A DNA stretch of 64,000 nt. Source: Spongospora subterranea f. sp. subterranea (taxonomy: Eukaryota). The stretch is from positions 62,001-126,000 of the forward strand of contig JAUGWO010000145.1 of the NCBI GenBank assembly GCA_049724395.1. The letters run 5' to 3'. Position 1 is the first letter of the stretch; each line of letters opens with the position of its first letter. The position numbers and the translations under genes were made by a program. Of this stretch, positions 61,505-64,000 are shown one piece after another. The notes under the pieces were generated by a model. The model saw only the letters and a program-made list of their open reading frames with translations. It was not told where the DNA came from and did not search any database.

Positions 61505-61651
61505 GGTGCAACGGGTTGACCCAATCTTCATCAAACTGTGGTGCAACGGGTTGACCCAACGGGTTTCTTCATCAAACTGTGGTGCAACGGGTTGACCCAT
61601 TCTTCATCAAACTGTGGTGCAACGGGTTGACCCATTCTTCATCAAACTGTG
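61505..61651. repeat. ~35-bp tandem repeat, ~4 copies, with internal GGGTTGACCC near-palindrome
   Basis: GGTGCAACGGGTTGACCCA(T/A)TCTTCATCAAACTGT repeated, second copy with a small insertion. Confidence 0.9.
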
Positions 61652-62093
61652 CAGGGATCAACCCATGGAACTATAAATAGGACTGTTGATGTCTGAGATC
61701 ATCCTCATCACTGTAAAGTACATACAGTAACAAGCAAGAGGCCCCGACCCCACACGATACAGCACAGTTACGGTGCGGGTGGAGCTCTCATTGGCGGGAG
61801 TGCGGCCTCGTCATCGTCATTCATTGTCCGTGACCCATTGTTATTGTAACACAACCACAACCCGAAATTGTTTCTACCACTTCCAGTACCATTAAACTAA
61901 ACTGAACGAAAGTCGTTTAGTATCAAGGACATATTACTGTATCAAAGGACTTGAGTTTGAGTTAGGTCGGTTGTTGATCAGGTCGTGTCTGTTGATGGTG
62001 TCGATAACTATAGGAGACGTGTCCTGGTAGTTCATATCACCCCTCTACCCCTGCCTATCACTGCAATTCATATCGATCACAACCGTCACCATC

Positions 62094-64000
62094 ATGATCC
62101 CTCTATATCGAACAGTCAAACGGTCCACCCCATCCCATCCTCCCATTCCTCGTTATAACCACACCAAACATGGACCTGTCTCCTCCTCATCAACAGTCAA
62201 GAGGTCTGCACTACCGTTTATTCATATCGCCATCATGCACCTGGCTATCTATCAGACAGCACGCCTGATCACTCTCTGTATTCAGGCCCAGCATATGCCT
62301 GCCATTCGCCCTCCCACCGCCATCCTCGCCGCTATTGTAGCCGGGTCATTTCAGGATCTGGCTATCACTCTCCAGACCATCATCATTCTAACCCTGCCCG
62401 GTTTCCCCTCAAATACACTTGTTGGCGCCACCTTTCTGCCACCGCTTATCGATATTGCCACTCAACTCTGTGGTTATCCTCGCATCACCTTCTCCGAGCT
62501 GGCTCTTGTCTGGAGGCACTTTGGCCAGTTCACCACCTCTTTTATGGACGTGTTGACGACGTGGCGATCCCTCGTTTGTTTGGGAGCGTATCTGACCTAT
62601 GTTGTGTGTATGGGGAGATATATTAGGGCGCGATCGCCTGTTATATTGTCATCACTCATGGTCATCATGTTGGTCATCACGACCTTATTTACATGGAATA
62701 TCGCAGTGATGGTCCGTTATTTTCTCCCCTGGCATGTAGTATACGTGGCCGACAATACCAATATGGCTATGGAATGTGGTTTATTAGCATCAATGGGCCT
62801 GACCATATTCCGACCACAATACCCTACGCCACCAACACTTTCCTCGGTTATTCCTTACGAGGACACAATCAAGTCGGTTCTTGGCCCTAATGAGATTTAT
62901 ACTCTTCTATCCAGTCCCGACCAGTTCCCTTTCTATCGCACCACTATAGGGTTTACAGGCAAGAGGCACTTCACCGTTCACCCGGCCCCCGCTGTCGGCG
63001 AAACCCGTCTCCCCAACATCATCATTATCAATATGGAGTCGTGGGCTCATCATGTTGTGGGAGCGATGGTCCCTGGTACTCCTCCTGAGGCATCCCTAAC
63101 ACCAGAGTTCGATCGGCTCTCTGATCAAGGGATCCTCTACACTTCCTATTACTCTCCTGGCTCCCAGACCTCCCGCTCTCTTCTCACCCATCTCTACAGC
63201 GTCAAGCCCATATTCGATCATGAGGCGGCCCTCCAGAGCCGCTCCAGAACCTTGCACCTCTTAGGCCTCCCTGACCTGCTTCAAGCTCATGGATATCATA
63301 ATGAGTTCATATCGGGCACTGATCTATCTTGGCATGATTGGAACTGGTTCCTTTTACATCACGGGTTTGATAACTGCATTGGTCGGTATGATATTCCCAA
63401 ACTGCTTAGAGATATGGGGGTGAATCCCAGTCAATACGAGCAATCATCATGGGGCCTACACGATGATGCGACCATGATGTTGTTGGAGAAGCGCGCCGAG
63501 CAACTGAATAAAGAATATGAGGAAGGGGGGAAACCCTTCATGATTGACTACCTCTCGATCAGCTCTCACAGGTATGTCATCTGAATTCATCGAGGCGTAC
63601 ACTAATAACCGCTTATCTTAGCCCTTTTCTTGTTCCGAAAGATGCTCCAGAGCAAAACGGAGATCAGAGCCTGTTTACTAAAGATAGCAACGGACAGACG
63701 TCCAGTAATTATAAGCGATCGATACATTATTCGGTATGTCATGTAGTTCCCTTTTCATACACCTTCGTCGTTAATACAATCCGTTTAGGACTATTGCTTG
63801 GGCCGAATGATCAAATCTATGAGGAAAAAGGCGATCTTGAACACGACCATGATAATCATCCAGGGTGATCACGGTCGGGGAAAGGATCATCGCCTAGGAG
63901 GAAACCCGGAATTACATATGGTTGATCTGCTGGACGACTTCCAAAGAATTCCGTTATTGATTATTCCACCCTCTGGATCAGTTGACGCCGAATCACTGGG
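62094..64000 (+). CDS. LtaS/MdoB-type (alkaline-phosphatase superfamily) membrane phosphotransferase, runs off the window end
   Basis: N-terminal TM helices; PNIIIINMESW, LTPEFDRL, SQTSRS, SWGLHD, SISSH/SPF and IIIQGDHG motifs; GT-AG introns at ~63572-63621 and ~63734-63789. Confidence 0.82.

Noticed and set aside
61505..61651. Mini-CRISPR (35-bp palindromic repeats)
   Set aside because: Repeats are contiguous with no variable spacers.
62094..64000. Arylsulfatase or bacterial contamination
   Set aside because: Lacks C/S-x-P-x-R (has Thr), and contains GT-AG introns like its neighbours.
1..64000. tRNA, rRNA or telomeric repeats
   Set aside because: None recognised by eye; a tRNAscan-SE/Infernal search would be needed to exclude small RNA genes.

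Overview
Compact, intron-rich eukaryotic genomic DNA with short GT-AG introns (mostly ~50-65 nt) and tightly packed genes. The style and gene content suggest a protist, possibly a plasmodiophorid/rhizarian (inference only). Recognisable housekeeping genes: PPOX, THUMPD1/TAN1, MAF1, a DUF1765-like protein, an SLC19 carrier, RRP5, NEDD8-like, a FYVE protein, EAPP, an FtsJ-like methyltransferase, TIM50 and a GT69/CAP59-like mannosyltransferase. There are also three secreted/surface proteins and four tandem-repeat arrays. Two transposon graveyards (~12-20 kb and ~56.4-61.9 kb) hold Mutator/MULE and PIF/Harbinger relics and nested MITE-like elements. Most interesting: (1) three long imperfect fold-back hairpins in or beside MULE relics (18.57-18.98 kb, 19.16-19.91 kb, 60.83-61.23 kb), resembling hpRNA/miRNA precursors or a Mu-killer-like silencing locus; (2) a MYCBP2-type RING-Cys-relay E3 ligase with both relay cysteines intact and an unusual UBL-C2-RRM-PH-RING-IBR front end; (3) an intron-containing bacterial LtaS/MdoB-type phosphotransferase. 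Boundaries of spliced genes were read by eye and are approximate.
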